Sequence record: NC_070936.1
Length of the DNA: 64,000 bases
Strand: one strand, 5' to 3'
Shown: piece after piece, positions 20,060 through 31,800 of the stretch
Position numbering within the stretch: position 1 is the first letter of the stretch
Layout of the letters: each line of letters starts with the position of its first letter
The notes under the pieces: generated by a model
What the model saw: only the letters and a program-made list of their open reading frames with translations
What the model was told of the DNA's origin: nothing
The model's database searches: none
Translations under genes and position numbers: made by a program

Positions 20060-23000
20060 TTAATTCATTCTCACCATTGGGGAATTACTAGAGCTGCGTT
20101 CCAACAACTGAGCAATCTTGTTAAGCGTTTGGTTAGCTATAGCAAGTTGACCTGCTGCGGTAGCATCTGTAGTATTGATATGATCAGGCATTGCAGGAGC
20201 TTGAACAACTTGAGGCATGGCCTGCTTATCAACTGGTTTAGCCGCTTCTTTAACTGGTGCTGGTTGAGCACTATTAGAAGAAGGACTAGAAGATGAAGTA
20301 GGAGCCCTAGGTTGATCGATAGATGGAGCACTAGAGTTAACTGTATTCACCGGACCATCATTAGTATCACCTGCAGCCACACCAGGATCGAGCGTTGAAG
20401 CTGTCTTCATTGGCGGTGGAGTACCTGCATTAGATGGTGCGGTATTGCGTGCATCTGATTTCAACAAGTCGCTAACGGTATTCTGACCAGGAGGTGTTGC
20501 GATTGGAGTATCTGTAGCTACGGCTCCTTGAGGAACACCTTTATCTGCTGCCGCAGGTGGTTCATTAGTTGGTGCTGGAGGAGTTGCAGCTGCTTGTTCG
20601 GCTTCTGCCCCATCTAGCGCTAAATCACCATTGCGGAGTTTATTCAGATATTCCTGATAGTATCTACGACGTTCATCTGTAGCTGGTACAGCATTACCGC
20701 CATTGATACCACGAACCGCTGTATCGAAATCACCCGTCTTAGCAATAGACAACATTGCCTTGTTGTTCTTAAGGAATCTAACAGCTGATTCAGCCATTAC
20801 ATTAGGATCCTCAGAAACCAACTGCGGATTACTAACAACATCGATACCCGTTTCTTTCTTGAACCGTTCGTAGTTTGCTTTACCAGTTAACTGGAAGAAA
20901 CCACGCCCACGATATTTCCAACCATCCTCAGGTGTAGTGTTTCCTAATTGTGGACCTTTAGGTGCACGACCATATACCCACATCGCTCGTTCAGCAGGAG
21001 ACATTGCTGCAACCTTCTGAGCTGTAGCGGCATCAGGAATGTTCTTAAAGTATTTCAGCAAGGTAGGTGCGGACCAGTTGGTGTTTTCCACCGTGTTCTG
21101 GTAGTTACCTGTTTCTTTCTTAACCATTGCCAAAGCAAGTGCGATAGTTTTAATATCAGTTATCCCAGCTTTAAGTAGGTGGTTAAGCATGAGCTTCTCA
21201 CCTTGCTCTGGGGACATCTTAATACCTTTATCTTCACCGGCCTTCTTCAAGAACTCTGGGTTAAAGTTAGCATCAGCTTTACCCATGAACTGACCTGCTG
21301 ACCCAGCACCGCCACCATCAACACTCATGGTAGGGTTAGGATAGACACTAGTGGGTCCGCCAGTTCTTACACCGTTCATAGATGGGGTGAATGAAGACCC
21401 ACCAATACCTTTGTTATTACCGAAAACTTCTTGGATAGCAGATTGAGCAGCTTGTCTACTTCTAGCAGCTTGTGCCATCTGAACTGGATCATCACCGCTA
21501 GTACCGCGAGATTTCTCTTCTTCCAACTCAGGATCTTTCAGTCTAGCTTCCTGTGCTTTCATATCCAAGATTTTCAGATATCTATCAGCACGGTCAGACC
21601 ATTTACCTGAAGTAGAGTTAGGGAATGGAGAAGCCTGAACTTCCCAAACAGTTTTAAGTTGTTCATCAACTGTCACCATTTGTTCGGTTAGTTTTCTAGC
21701 GACTTTGGCACGATTAGTAGCCGATAATTGTTTCCAACCTCTTTCCGGAACCACACCAGTTAATTTCTTAACCTCAATAGTGTATGTCATTAACGTAGGG
21801 AGGAATCGATCACGGAACCAAGTCATCCAATTCATCTCAGCCAGTTTAGTAGAGATTCTGAATGCTGGTTTAAACAGTTCTAACAGTTGAGAAGACTTAC
21901 CAGTGAATCTGGCTTGATCCCCAATTACCATGATGTAGGATTCGACATAACGTTCCAGACGCAATACCGCTTCCACACGCCAAGGCATGTTATCAATGTT
22001 ACCATAAACCGCAAGACGAGTCATGACGAATGGATCCATTTCCTTATCGCCACCAGGCATCAAGTCAGAGATATCAATCGTCTTAACTTGCTCTGGTTGA
22101 GAGAAACGTTTCTCAATGTCATCCATAGAAGCACGAGCTGCTATTTTAGACATCGCGTCTTGAGCAGTTATTTCAGCACTTGGACCAGTTTCTTTAGGAA
22201 CGCCTGGTGCTTGAGCTTTAGCATTAGCCTCTACCGTCGGTGCAATTTTCTCAACCGTAGTTGAAGGCTTAGGATAAGATTTTTCCATATCCTTAAGCAC
22301 TGCATCGATTTTGTGTCTCGTTGATTCCGGACCCATTGTGCCGTATTTAGAATCGACACGGACATCGATGGTAAATGGATTCGGCGAGAACGTATTCAGT
22401 GTTTGCTGAACTCTTTCCAATACCTGTACAACTTCATATCCCTTGGCATTATCGAATGACTCGATATCACCCATTCTTGCCACAGAGACTGCCGCGTTAG
22501 TGACAAGGAACACTGGTTTGAAACGAGCTACGAACCAAGTCTGAATAGCGCCTGCGTCGTGGTTAGTTCCTGAGTCGGTGTTCATGAAGTCAGTTAAGAT
22601 CTTCTCAATAGGTGCATCTTTCTTCAGAGAAGCACGATTATCTCGGATGGTGACGTAAGGATAAAGAACTTGTTCTAACCAACCCAGACGACGTCCAAAT
22701 GAAGATTGTTGATCAGCACAACCATACATAGCAAAACGAACGGCACGTGGTTGTGTAGCATACTGGGTTTTCAGTTCCCCGTATCCATCAGGAGTTTTAG
22801 AAACACCCTTGATCTTATCTTCATAAGCTTCCATCTCGTCTCGTTTAAAGAAGAACTTCTTATCACTTGACCAGAATAATCCATAGTTGTCCAGACCTTC
22901 TCTGGTTTCCTTATCCATAGGTAAGGAATCGGTAGCAGCTTTGGCCAACATACCAGATGGTAACCATTGGGTCAGTACATCAACTACGGCATCGCCTTGA

Positions 23001-26000
23001 GTACGATAGTGACCTGTTACTGAATCACGCTCGCCCATACTGACATCAGCCGCTGAGGTTGGTGTCGCATCTTGAGTATCATCTCCAAACATATCCGCTA
23101 AGAGATAACTACCAACTGCCGCAGTAGGGGAACCAAATGCGAATCTTCCCATGCGACCAAGTCGACCGCCACGACCAGCTCTCGCACCACCTCTTCTACG
23201 TCTAGTAGATTGACCACGTTGTTCAACGTCTAAGTCATCAGCAGGAGATCCCCCGAACAACCCTCTTCTCATTCCACCTGCGGCCTTGCCCATAACAAAT
23301 GCTTGTGCAAGTTTAGTGAAACCTAATTTGAGAAGTTTGTAGATTGGCGAGGCTACTCCTAACACACCACTAAACATGGCGCTACCAATTTTACCTAAAC
23401 GCTTGATTGAAGCTGCGGTAGTTCCCAATGCAAACTTACCTACACCACCAAGAATATCACCAATAGCACCAAGCGGGTTCTTGAAGAGTTTGACGGCAAA
23501 GCCACCGGCACCCATTACCAAACCTTTCAGTTTATCAAATAGACCACCACCTTCTTTCTTGCCAGCACCTTCTTCTTTACTACCACCGAGTGTCTCAGAG
23601 ATATTAATGATTGCTTCATTAACACGGTGCTTCTCTTGTTTCTCTTTCTGCTTTTCTTTCCAAGCCAAAGAGTTTAGACGCAAACTGTTATCTGAACTTT
23701 CACCCGTTACACCTAAAGGTTCATCGGGGTCTACTTCTGCAGGGATATCAAACTGTTTACAGAGTAAACGATAAATTTTGTCCAGACGACGCTCTACACC
23801 ATTCGGCCCAGATTTTCTTCCAGCAGCACCATTGCCTTCTCGATTAGGACCTTGAGAATAACCGAACCTTCCGAGGAGGTTATTGATCCCAGCTCTAGCC
23901 AACCCTGCCGCACCGCCAACCATATTAGCAGCCATACCGCCCACGTTACGTACAGCAGCACCTGAGGCAGTGACCAGACCGGACTGATATTCCTCTTCAC
24001 TAACCAGTTGATTACCTTGGTTATCATAAACAGCTCCATCAATCTCATTCCAACCAGTAATTGGTTTGAAACTACCATTGGCATCGCGAACGAAGTAATC
24101 ACCGGTTTTAAATTTACTAGCTCTTAATACAGGGTTCTTTAAATCAGATTTAAGGAACACATCCTGTTGATAGAGAAACTCTTTACCCAACTGAATGGTC
24201 GATCTAATACGCTCCATTGGGTTAAGCATGTTGTAAGCACCCACAGCCGCGTCTCTAACGCTACGCAAGCCTTTTAGTGCCACTGCTCTACCATCAGACC
24301 CAAAGATCTTCCCTGCTAACTCTCTGGCTCCCACAACGGACTTATTAATAGCATCCATTACTGGACCGCGGATATCTTCCCAAGTTTTAATAACTTTCTT
24401 GGTAGCCATGTCCACGTATTCACCAGCGCGCAGTTTGGCTGCCTTCAGAATAGGCTCACCGCGTTCGTCAAGGATATCTTCTTCATCCGAAGGAGCATCC
24501 CCTTCTGGAGCGGCACCTGATCTTTGACGATGTTGTAACCACGCACCACCCAACAATCCCAATCCAGCAACTGACGCCGCCATAATTGGGTTCTGCATGA
24601 ATGAAGACGCAACACCACCCAATAACCCACCAAGGATAAGAGGGTTGTTCTTGAAGAGGAATTCTGCAGATCTACCCAATACGTCATTTGGTACCAGTTT
24701 CTTAATACGATCAAGAACTGAACGTTTGGCTACTTCTTCTTGTTGCTCTACACGAGGGCTAGGGGCACCAGAGAACAACTTACCTGCTTTAGCTAAATCA
24801 AGCATGGTTGTGAGAAGCATCGACATTTCTGTCGTTTTATCGAGAATCCCTTGGTTACTGGTTTTGATGTCACTAAAGACACCAGTCTCAGAATCCCAAT
24901 TAACCGTAGTGGAGTTTTTGAGTTGGTCGAGGTTACTTAAGCGTTCATTCAAAGTTCCTAATGTATTATTAAGATCTTCATATGGATTAGCTGTAGGGCC
25001 AGCGCCAGCTCGTATTCCTCCCAGTGTTGGAGAAGGACCATTACCACTAGGGGTAGCACCTTTCAATACCGGGTTGTCTGGATTATCCATATACATTCCG
25101 ATACGATCATGGAATGCTTGGATGTTAATCTTATCGATACCATTATCGGTATAGATAACTCCTAAGTCACGGAGCATTTGTTCGTTACCAGTGGCACGTA
25201 ACAAATTAATACGTTCAGTGATATTAGGAATGTTTTCTTTTAAGTCCTGTGCTTTAGAACTAGCTGCGTTTAAACGTTCACGACCTTCTGCGGTATTAAG
25301 ACGCCCCAGCATTTTGGTTCTGGTTAAACCATCCCCACTTTGGAACTGTCTAACTTCATCATCGGTAATCCCGAAGTGACGTTTCATTACCGCATGGATT
25401 TCTTTCAGGTTCTCTGGAGAAACCCCTGGGATATCACCTAAGTAATAAAGAGGTTGGAAACCATACTCTTTGTCAACGTCGACAACGATCTGTTTAGCCA
25501 GCGCTTTACGAGCACCTGGTGATAACAGTTTGTCTGGATCCAAAGAGTCAACCATATTCAATGCAGCTGAAGTAAAGCTACGGAACTCAGAGTGAGGCAT
25601 TAAGTCAGAAGCGACTGAAATTCTTCTGTCGGAGTCTTTTTGGAATTGGCCTCGAGTATAGTTGTATCCAACTGACTCTACATCGTCACGACCGGTTCTC
25701 ATCTTTTCCAAGATAAGGTTAGTCTGAGAAATCAACCCTGGCAATACTTCATTCAGGGTGATGTTGTTCATCTCTTTCCAAATACCTGGTTTATCCAGAT
25801 CTTTAGGATTTCTTCTATTGATGGTATACTGAGTCCCGCGAGAGCGAGTGGTCTCTGACATCAATCGGTTAAGAGATTGTTTTGCTTTGTTCTCTGCAGC
25901 GTTCTTAGCCACCCAAACTGCTTTAGGTATTGGCTTGCGACCAGGAGGTAAACTATCTACATATTCCTCGTAATCGTAGAACCGCATCTCATCAAGAGGT

Positions 26001-27247
26001 TGCCAGTTATCCGCCATGTAGTTGGCAATACCACCACCAGACATAGCGATATGAGAAACTGTGTTACCCATATCTGTTACTTTGGCAATCTGTTCCCTAA
26101 TAAAGGTGCCTTGTTCAGGGTATTTCTTTATTAGGTTATCGATGGCTCTTTTACCTGGACCACGTGTAAAGAAGTATGGTAATTGGTCTACTGCCACACC
26201 AGCTATCATCTTACCAATGATATTGCCGAGCAAGCCGCGACTAAACCCTACATCACTACCCATCTCCAAACCGTCTGCAAGGTTCCCTAAGAGATCACTA
26301 ATCCCATTATAGGCATCTTTACGGTTACCGGCATTAAACCGATCACGGAGCATTCCAGAGATACCGCCAACACGTTTACCAACCGCATTGAACACACTGT
26401 TTCGCATGTACTCTTTGGATGCAGTAAATGTATTGGTCTTTTCAAAATCTGAAAGTTTACTGTACTGAACAATACGTTTCAGTTCAGCAACTTCGGCATG
26501 AATACCAGCTTCCATGAACTTGTAGAATTTCGCATCTTGAACATAAGAGCGTGCCATCAAGTTCAGTTTGGCTTGATCCAATTTAGCTTGTACATTTCTT
26601 TGGTAGCTAAGAAGGTCACGTATCCCACCTTCTATATTTACAAGCTGTCTATTACCTGCACCAATAGTTGCAGATATCTGACCGCCTACGGTGGCAGCCA
26701 TATTGTTTAAAGATTCACCGAGTGAAGCAAACATAGCTGATTGAGCCATTACTGAAGCATCAATAGCTTGGTCTACATCATCTTCGTCAACATTACCTAG
26801 TTTGGCATTGAAATTAGGATTTTCAGGATCGAGACGTTCCCAACTGGAGAAGTCTTTTTCACTGAAATTACCTAATGCATTCTGAGCAAAACCAGGAAGC
26901 TTTGAACCCATTCTCTGATTGAGGTGGGAAGCAATGCTTTGTAAGGATTTGGCGGATTCGGCATTTTCCTCTTTAAACTCTCTAACCAGATCGTCAACAC
27001 GACTACTGACAAAAGAAAGTTTATCAAGGGCATTGCTGTAAGAACTTGGTAAGATAGTTCTCAGTGTTCTCATGCGAGCTTCACCGGAACCTAAGGTTTC
27101 ATCAAAAGCACCTTGCAGAAAACCTGTTGCAAGACTTCTGACAAACCCCTTACCTTTAAAGGGATCCATATCGAAATCCATATCGAAATCTATATCCCCG
27201 GCAAATGGATCATCTCCCCAATCCATATCGAAATTATCGCTTGCCAT
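20060..27247 (-). CDS. tail-associated lysin / tape-measure-like protein (phiKZ gp181-like) with C-terminal GH19 muramidase domain
   Basis: 2395 aa; KKETGNY and DGWKYRGRGFFQLTGKANY GH19 motifs at about 20640-21190; divergent from the vRNAP beta' gene as in phiKZ. Confidence 0.85.
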   Translation of the reverse strand: MASDNFDMDWGDDPFAGDIDFDMDFDMDPFKGKGFVRSLATGFLQGAFDETLGSGEARMRTLRTILPSSYSNALDKLSFVSSRVDDLVREFKEENAESAKSLQSIASHLNQRMGSKLPGFAQNALGNFSEKDFSSWERLDPENPNFNAKLGNVDEDDVDQAIDASVMAQSAMFASLGESLNNMAATVGGQISATIGAGNRQLVNIEGGIRDLLSYQRNVQAKLDQAKLNLMARSYVQDAKFYKFMEAGIHAEVAELKRIVQYSKLSDFEKTNTFTASKEYMRNSVFNAVGKRVGGISGMLRDRFNAGNRKDAYNGISDLLGNLADGLEMGSDVGFSRGLLGNIIGKMIAGVAVDQLPYFFTRGPGKRAIDNLIKKYPEQGTFIREQIAKVTDMGNTVSHIAMSGGGIANYMADNWQPLDEMRFYDYEEYVDSLPPGRKPIPKAVWVAKNAAENKAKQSLNRLMSETTRSRGTQYTINRRNPKDLDKPGIWKEMNNITLNEVLPGLISQTNLILEKMRTGRDDVESVGYNYTRGQFQKDSDRRISVASDLMPHSEFRSFTSAALNMVDSLDPDKLLSPGARKALAKQIVVDVDKEYGFQPLYYLGDIPGVSPENLKEIHAVMKRHFGITDDEVRQFQSGDGLTRTKMLGRLNTAEGRERLNAASSKAQDLKENIPNITERINLLRATGNEQMLRDLGVIYTDNGIDKINIQAFHDRIGMYMDNPDNPVLKGATPSGNGPSPTLGGIRAGAGPTANPYEDLNNTLGTLNERLSNLDQLKNSTTVNWDSETGVFSDIKTSNQGILDKTTEMSMLLTTMLDLAKAGKLFSGAPSPRVEQQEEVAKRSVLDRIKKLVPNDVLGRSAEFLFKNNPLILGGLLGGVASSFMQNPIMAASVAGLGLLGGAWLQHRQRSGAAPEGDAPSDEEDILDERGEPILKAAKLRAGEYVDMATKKVIKTWEDIRGPVMDAINKSVVGARELAGKIFGSDGRAVALKGLRSVRDAAVGAYNMLNPMERIRSTIQLGKEFLYQQDVFLKSDLKNPVLRASKFKTGDYFVRDANGSFKPITGWNEIDGAVYDNQGNQLVSEEEYQSGLVTASGAAVRNVGGMAANMVGGAAGLARAGINNLLGRFGYSQGPNREGNGAAGRKSGPNGVERRLDKIYRLLCKQFDIPAEVDPDEPLGVTGESSDNSLRLNSLAWKEKQKEKQEKHRVNEAIINISETLGGSKEEGAGKKEGGGLFDKLKGLVMGAGGFAVKLFKNPLGAIGDILGGVGKFALGTTAASIKRLGKIGSAMFSGVLGVASPIYKLLKLGFTKLAQAFVMGKAAGGMRRGLFGGSPADDLDVEQRGQSTRRRRGGARAGRGGRLGRMGRFAFGSPTAAVGSYLLADMFGDDTQDATPTSAADVSMGERDSVTGHYRTQGDAVVDVLTQWLPSGMLAKAATDSLPMDKETREGLDNYGLFWSSDKKFFFKRDEMEAYEDKIKGVSKTPDGYGELKTQYATQPRAVRFAMYGCADQQSSFGRRLGWLEQVLYPYVTIRDNRASLKKDAPIEKILTDFMNTDSGTNHDAGAIQTWFVARFKPVFLVTNAAVSVARMGDIESFDNAKGYEVVQVLERVQQTLNTFSPNPFTIDVRVDSKYGTMGPESTRHKIDAVLKDMEKSYPKPSTTVEKIAPTVEANAKAQAPGVPKETGPSAEITAQDAMSKIAARASMDDIEKRFSQPEQVKTIDISDLMPGGDKEMDPFVMTRLAVYGNIDNMPWRVEAVLRLERYVESYIMVIGDQARFTGKSSQLLELFKPAFRISTKLAEMNWMTWFRDRFLPTLMTYTIEVKKLTGVVPERGWKQLSATNRAKVARKLTEQMVTVDEQLKTVWEVQASPFPNSTSGKWSDRADRYLKILDMKAQEARLKDPELEEEKSRGTSGDDPVQMAQAARSRQAAQSAIQEVFGNNKGIGGSSFTPSMNGVRTGGPTSVYPNPTMSVDGGGAGSAGQFMGKADANFNPEFLKKAGEDKGIKMSPEQGEKLMLNHLLKAGITDIKTIALALAMVKKETGNYQNTVENTNWSAPTLLKYFKNIPDAATAQKVAAMSPAERAMWVYGRAPKGPQLGNTTPEDGWKYRGRGFFQLTGKANYERFKKETGIDVVSNPQLVSEDPNVMAESAVRFLKNNKAMLSIAKTGDFDTAVRGINGGNAVPATDERRRYYQEYLNKLRNGDLALDGAEAEQAAATPPAPTNEPPAAADKGVPQGAVATDTPIATPPGQNTVSDLLKSDARNTAPSNAGTPPPMKTASTLDPGVAAGDTNDGPVNTVNSSAPSIDQPRAPTSSSSPSSNSAQPAPVKEAAKPVDKQAMPQVVQAPAMPDHINTTDATAAGQLAIANQTLNKIAQLLERSSSNSPMVRMN

Positions 27248-27277
27248 TAATTTACCCTCGTTTAGGATATCTCAGTA

Positions 27278-28894
27278 ATGAGCAGAAAACCTACTAACTT
27301 TACCTTGCTTGATACAAACAAGGTGCCCTGGGGAACTATGACACCAGTTACGGTGGCAGACTCGTTCGAAGGGCAAACTAGTAACCTTAATGATGATGGT
27401 TTATATTCCACATCCATCTTTGGCCGTGTAGGTACGGATGAACGTGATAAAACTATCTCATATATCGATGTTACTCTCCCAATATTCAACCCCACGTATT
27501 TTAAAGCACTAATTCAACTGAAAGCTTTATACGGCGAAATCATCCGGGGTAGAGCATATGCAGTTTGGGATGCTGCTGAAAAGGATTTCATAAAATCCAA
27601 CATCTTAGAAGGCGATACTGGATATGCTTTCTTCATGTCACATTTCCACGAACTCGATCCTGTACAGAATGAATCTTTCAAACGTAAACAGAAGATCGAC
27701 CTGGTAGAACAATTCAGAGACAGAGCGCTCTCTAATAAGGTTATCGTTATACCTGCCGGTATTCGCGATATTGAAATGAACAACGGCGTTGTTTCAGAAA
27801 ACGAGATCAACGACCTTTATCGTAAACTTATCTTCCGTTCCAAATCTCTTAACGTAAGAAATGTGGACATCGACGATCCAGTCTATGATAATATCCGTTG
27901 GGGTTTACAAGAGTCTTTCAACAATATCGCTGACTTCCTATTTAAGATGCAGGAAGGTAAACGTGGCTTCATGCAACGTCGCATGTCACGCCGTAGTATT
28001 TTCGGGGCGACTCGTAACGTTATTACCTCCCGTAAAGTATCAGTAGAAAACTGCGACGATAACGTCACAGGCGATCCTAACTCCACCATCATCGGTTTGT
28101 ATCAAGCACTGCTTGGATTCAACCTGGTGGCCATACATGAACTCTCAAGTGGGTTCTTGAGTGAAGTGTTTACTTCTGGTATGGGTGTTGCTCGTCTCGT
28201 TGACCCTAAAACGCTCAAGGGAACTTATGTTGATGTAAGTCCGGTAGTCGTAGATAAATTTACTTCTTCAGATGGCTTGACTTCTCTCTTTAATGGTTAT
28301 GGTTCTCCTAACTTGAGAAACCGTGATATCAGAGTAGCTGGCCACTATCTCGGATTGGTTTATGACGACGGTAAGAATGTCATGCTGTTACACGACATTG
28401 ACGATCTTCCTGAATCATTCGATAAGAAGAAAGTTAGACCGGTAACTTATACTCAGTTCTTTTATATGCAATGTGTAAAAGCAATTGAGAAGAAGATGTT
28501 GCAGGTTACACGTTACCCAATCACAGGTATCGGTTCTATCTATCCGAGCCGTGTCTTTGTAATGCCAACTAACTCAACTTCCAGCAAACGTACATTATTA
28601 GATATTGATGGTTCCCCAATCGATACTTATAACTACTTCCCGGAATGGACTAAGAATCCAAGTTACTTTGACGGTATGTCTATTGCGAATATTCGCTTGG
28701 GACTTGCCGGTGGTGACTTCGATGGCGACGCCTTGTCTGCTAACTCCATTATGGCTGAAGACTCCATTGCTGAGATTGAGAGTTTGTTTGGTAAACGTGA
28801 CTTCTACATTTCTGGTTCTGGTGATTTCCTTTATGACCCAGTTCAGGAACCACATGAATTCCTTTTACGCTCATTAACAAATGGATTAGCATAA
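27278..28894 (+). CDS. virion RNA polymerase beta' subunit, catalytic part (phiKZ gp180-like)
   Basis: GLYSTSIFG, KMQEGKRGFMQ, LQVTRYP and catalytic GGDFDGD. Confidence 0.92.
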   Translation: MSRKPTNFTLLDTNKVPWGTMTPVTVADSFEGQTSNLNDDGLYSTSIFGRVGTDERDKTISYIDVTLPIFNPTYFKALIQLKALYGEIIRGRAYAVWDAAEKDFIKSNILEGDTGYAFFMSHFHELDPVQNESFKRKQKIDLVEQFRDRALSNKVIVIPAGIRDIEMNNGVVSENEINDLYRKLIFRSKSLNVRNVDIDDPVYDNIRWGLQESFNNIADFLFKMQEGKRGFMQRRMSRRSIFGATRNVITSRKVSVENCDDNVTGDPNSTIIGLYQALLGFNLVAIHELSSGFLSEVFTSGMGVARLVDPKTLKGTYVDVSPVVVDKFTSSDGLTSLFNGYGSPNLRNRDIRVAGHYLGLVYDDGKNVMLLHDIDDLPESFDKKKVRPVTYTQFFYMQCVKAIEKKMLQVTRYPITGIGSIYPSRVFVMPTNSTSSKRTLLDIDGSPIDTYNYFPEWTKNPSYFDGMSIANIRLGLAGGDFDGDALSANSIMAEDSIAEIESLFGKRDFYISGSGDFLYDPVQEPHEFLLRSLTNGLA

Positions 28895-31800
28895 TGTTCA
28901 AAGAACCTATCATTATTGATGGGAGTGAGGCCATGCAGTATAACATGTTTGTTAAGCTGTATGGTACTCGCGAGAAGACTAACGATATCACCAATCCCCG
29001 CTATACTCCTGTCGGGGATATCATGCTTCCGCGTAATTCACTCATTCACTATCAACAGCAACATCCTGGTGAAATAGGTCCGAGTAACACCGCACCTTTT
29101 ATTAGTAACTTTGATAAACGTATCAACATTTACTTTAACGTTAATTATGAAACTGTTCTTGGTGTAACTAAAATTGAGAACATTCAGTTAAGTAAAATTA
29201 TCAAAGGCTACGAAGGTTCACACTTCATCTATAGTCGTGCTCGTCAATATCAGACGGTCATTGGTAAAGAAGGTGAGCTGTTAGTAAACGACTTGGCTGT
29301 AGGTCAGATTCCTGTTGTCTATAAACGCAGAACTGTATTCACGCCATATCAAAAATCCTACAACGAAATGTACACGTTGATGGATTCCGTAAATGAATTT
29401 GCTAAGTTTGGTCGTCACCAGTTTATCCAAATTGAAATGCCTCGCGTCTTCCCTACCTTTAAAAATCTTCAGCTGAACTTTGAGAAGTATAAGAAGTTCT
29501 TTAATGAAGATTATGAAGTTGTTCGGTATGACAAGATTCCTCTTCAACCATTCCAAGCAGAGCAATCATTCTGGTTGTTGGATCTGTATGGGATTCTGAT
29601 GGGTTATGAAGATGCTAAGTACAGCCTGTTTAACCGTTTGAGTGATCAAGCACGTCAACAGCTGGAAATCATTTTCACCTATAACGGTATGTGCTGGATT
29701 GTTAACTTACAGAACCTAATTAACGTTCTGAGTTATTCAGACAAACCTAATGATGAAAAAGCTAGCTCTTTAAAGATCAACTATTTCAAACGCTTCTATC
29801 TATCTTTAATTAGCCTAGTTACTCCTATCTCGGAAGGTATTGGGAAAGTTAAGGATGAAGAAGAAGATAACGGGGACGATGACCAAGACGGGCAGTCAAC
29901 TAGAAGAGAAACTGCTGATGACAAATCGTCCGAAGAAGGGGTTCCTGGGAAGGGTACCGCTGTGGGTGATAATTCTGGGGGTAGTTCTTTGGCTGATCTT
30001 TACGCCAGCACTCCGAGAAGCGATACTCTACAAAACGACGCCGTACGAAGTGAGGGAACGCAAGCTGATACTGAAGCACATGACCCAGTCGCCGATGCAT
30101 CAGACGAGGAAGACGACGTAGACCAAGACAGTTGGGGACAAGATGTCCCAGATGAACTGTTTGAACGTGCTACTGTTGAAAACGTCTCTCTGACTGTCGC
30201 TCAAGCTGCAAGTCCTACTTCAACTATCTCTCGTCAATTAACGGAACTTTCTCGTAACGGTCAATTAACTTCCAAAGAGAAAGACTTTTATGAAAGAGCT
30301 GCTAACAGTTATCATGACATTGAGTTTGGCGGACACACGCTGGCTGAGATCGTAGATATCAAACCTGAGGACATGGTTCTCAAAGATACTTCGATTGCTC
30401 CAGACTCAATCGTAATTACTGATAAGTCGGCCCTTAAATCACGTACTGAACTTCTCAGCGATGAGTACATCAAGAACATTCACCAGAGAAACATTCTGGA
30501 AATGATTCTGCATGTTCAGAACGGCGGTACCGCATTAACCGATCTGGAAGTAGAAAGAACAATTACGGCTGACTCTAAGTATGATGTTTATACCATGAAG
30601 TTCCAGCGTGTTAAAGGTGGACAATCTACTCGTCGTATGCGTTTACCTGTGGTTGAAGAAGATGGTACCTTTACCATTAACGGTGTTAAGTCTTATATGC
30701 AGTTAATGCGTATGGAACTTCCTATCCGCAAAATCTCTCCAACTAAGGTTGCCCTCACTTCTTATTACGATAAGAAGGTAATGGTTGAACGCTCAACTAA
30801 GAAAGTAGATGACTATGCTCGTTGGTTGAAATCGAGTATCATCGAAAGGTCTTATGTTGATAAGACTCTCCAGGTAGGTCTTGGTGGATTCAAACCACCT
30901 AAAGAAGAAGTCTGTTACTATTATTCTGTTCTGGCTTCCCGTTTCAAAACCGTCATTACTCCCGAATACCATTTCGACTTCGATACTGTTTCCTTAGTAG
31001 ATGGTAAACGTGAGTTGGCTAAGTTGTGTAATACCAACAGCTGGTTAATTGGCTTTAAAGGCGAACACCCTATCCTTATCGATAGCACTGGTCTGATTAC
31101 AGTGGATGGGGCAGAGCAAGGTTATATTGAAGAGATCTTGGGGTTAAACATTTCCAAGGCTCCTATCCCTACTGCTACTGTTAACATCAATGGGTATCAT
31201 TTCCCAGCGATTGTTGTTCTGTCTTATTGGATTGGTTTCAGTAATGTCCTGAAGGCTCTCAAAGCTCAGTACCGAACTGTAGACCCTGATCAACGTCCTA
31301 ACTTAGGCGCTGATGAGTATATGGTCCAGTTAGCCGATGAACGCTTGATCTTCAACCGTCGTGATGAACTTACCACACTGGTGATGTCCGGTCTTCGTAA
31401 GTTAAACAACTTGAGTAACTTCTCTCGTTCTAACTTAGATGATCCTAATATCTGGTTTGGTCTTGTCGGTGACCAACGTGTTAAACCAAGTCACTTCAAA
31501 GAAATGACTATGTTGTATGACATGTTTATCGATCCGATTACGATGCGTTTGTTAGAGAAATTCAAATATCCAGTTGTTATGGATAAGTTGATCATCGAAG
31601 CTGTTAAGCTGATGCTCTCTAATGAATCCAAACACGAAATCGAAATCACCGAACAACGTTTCGTCGGTTATGAACGTTTTGCTGGTCATGTTTATCGTGA
31701 GATGGTTAAAGCAACTCGTCAAGCACGTAACAAACCAAATAACGGTAAGGTTACTTTCGACCTCAACCCTGAAGCCGTGATGATGAACATTATCACTGAC

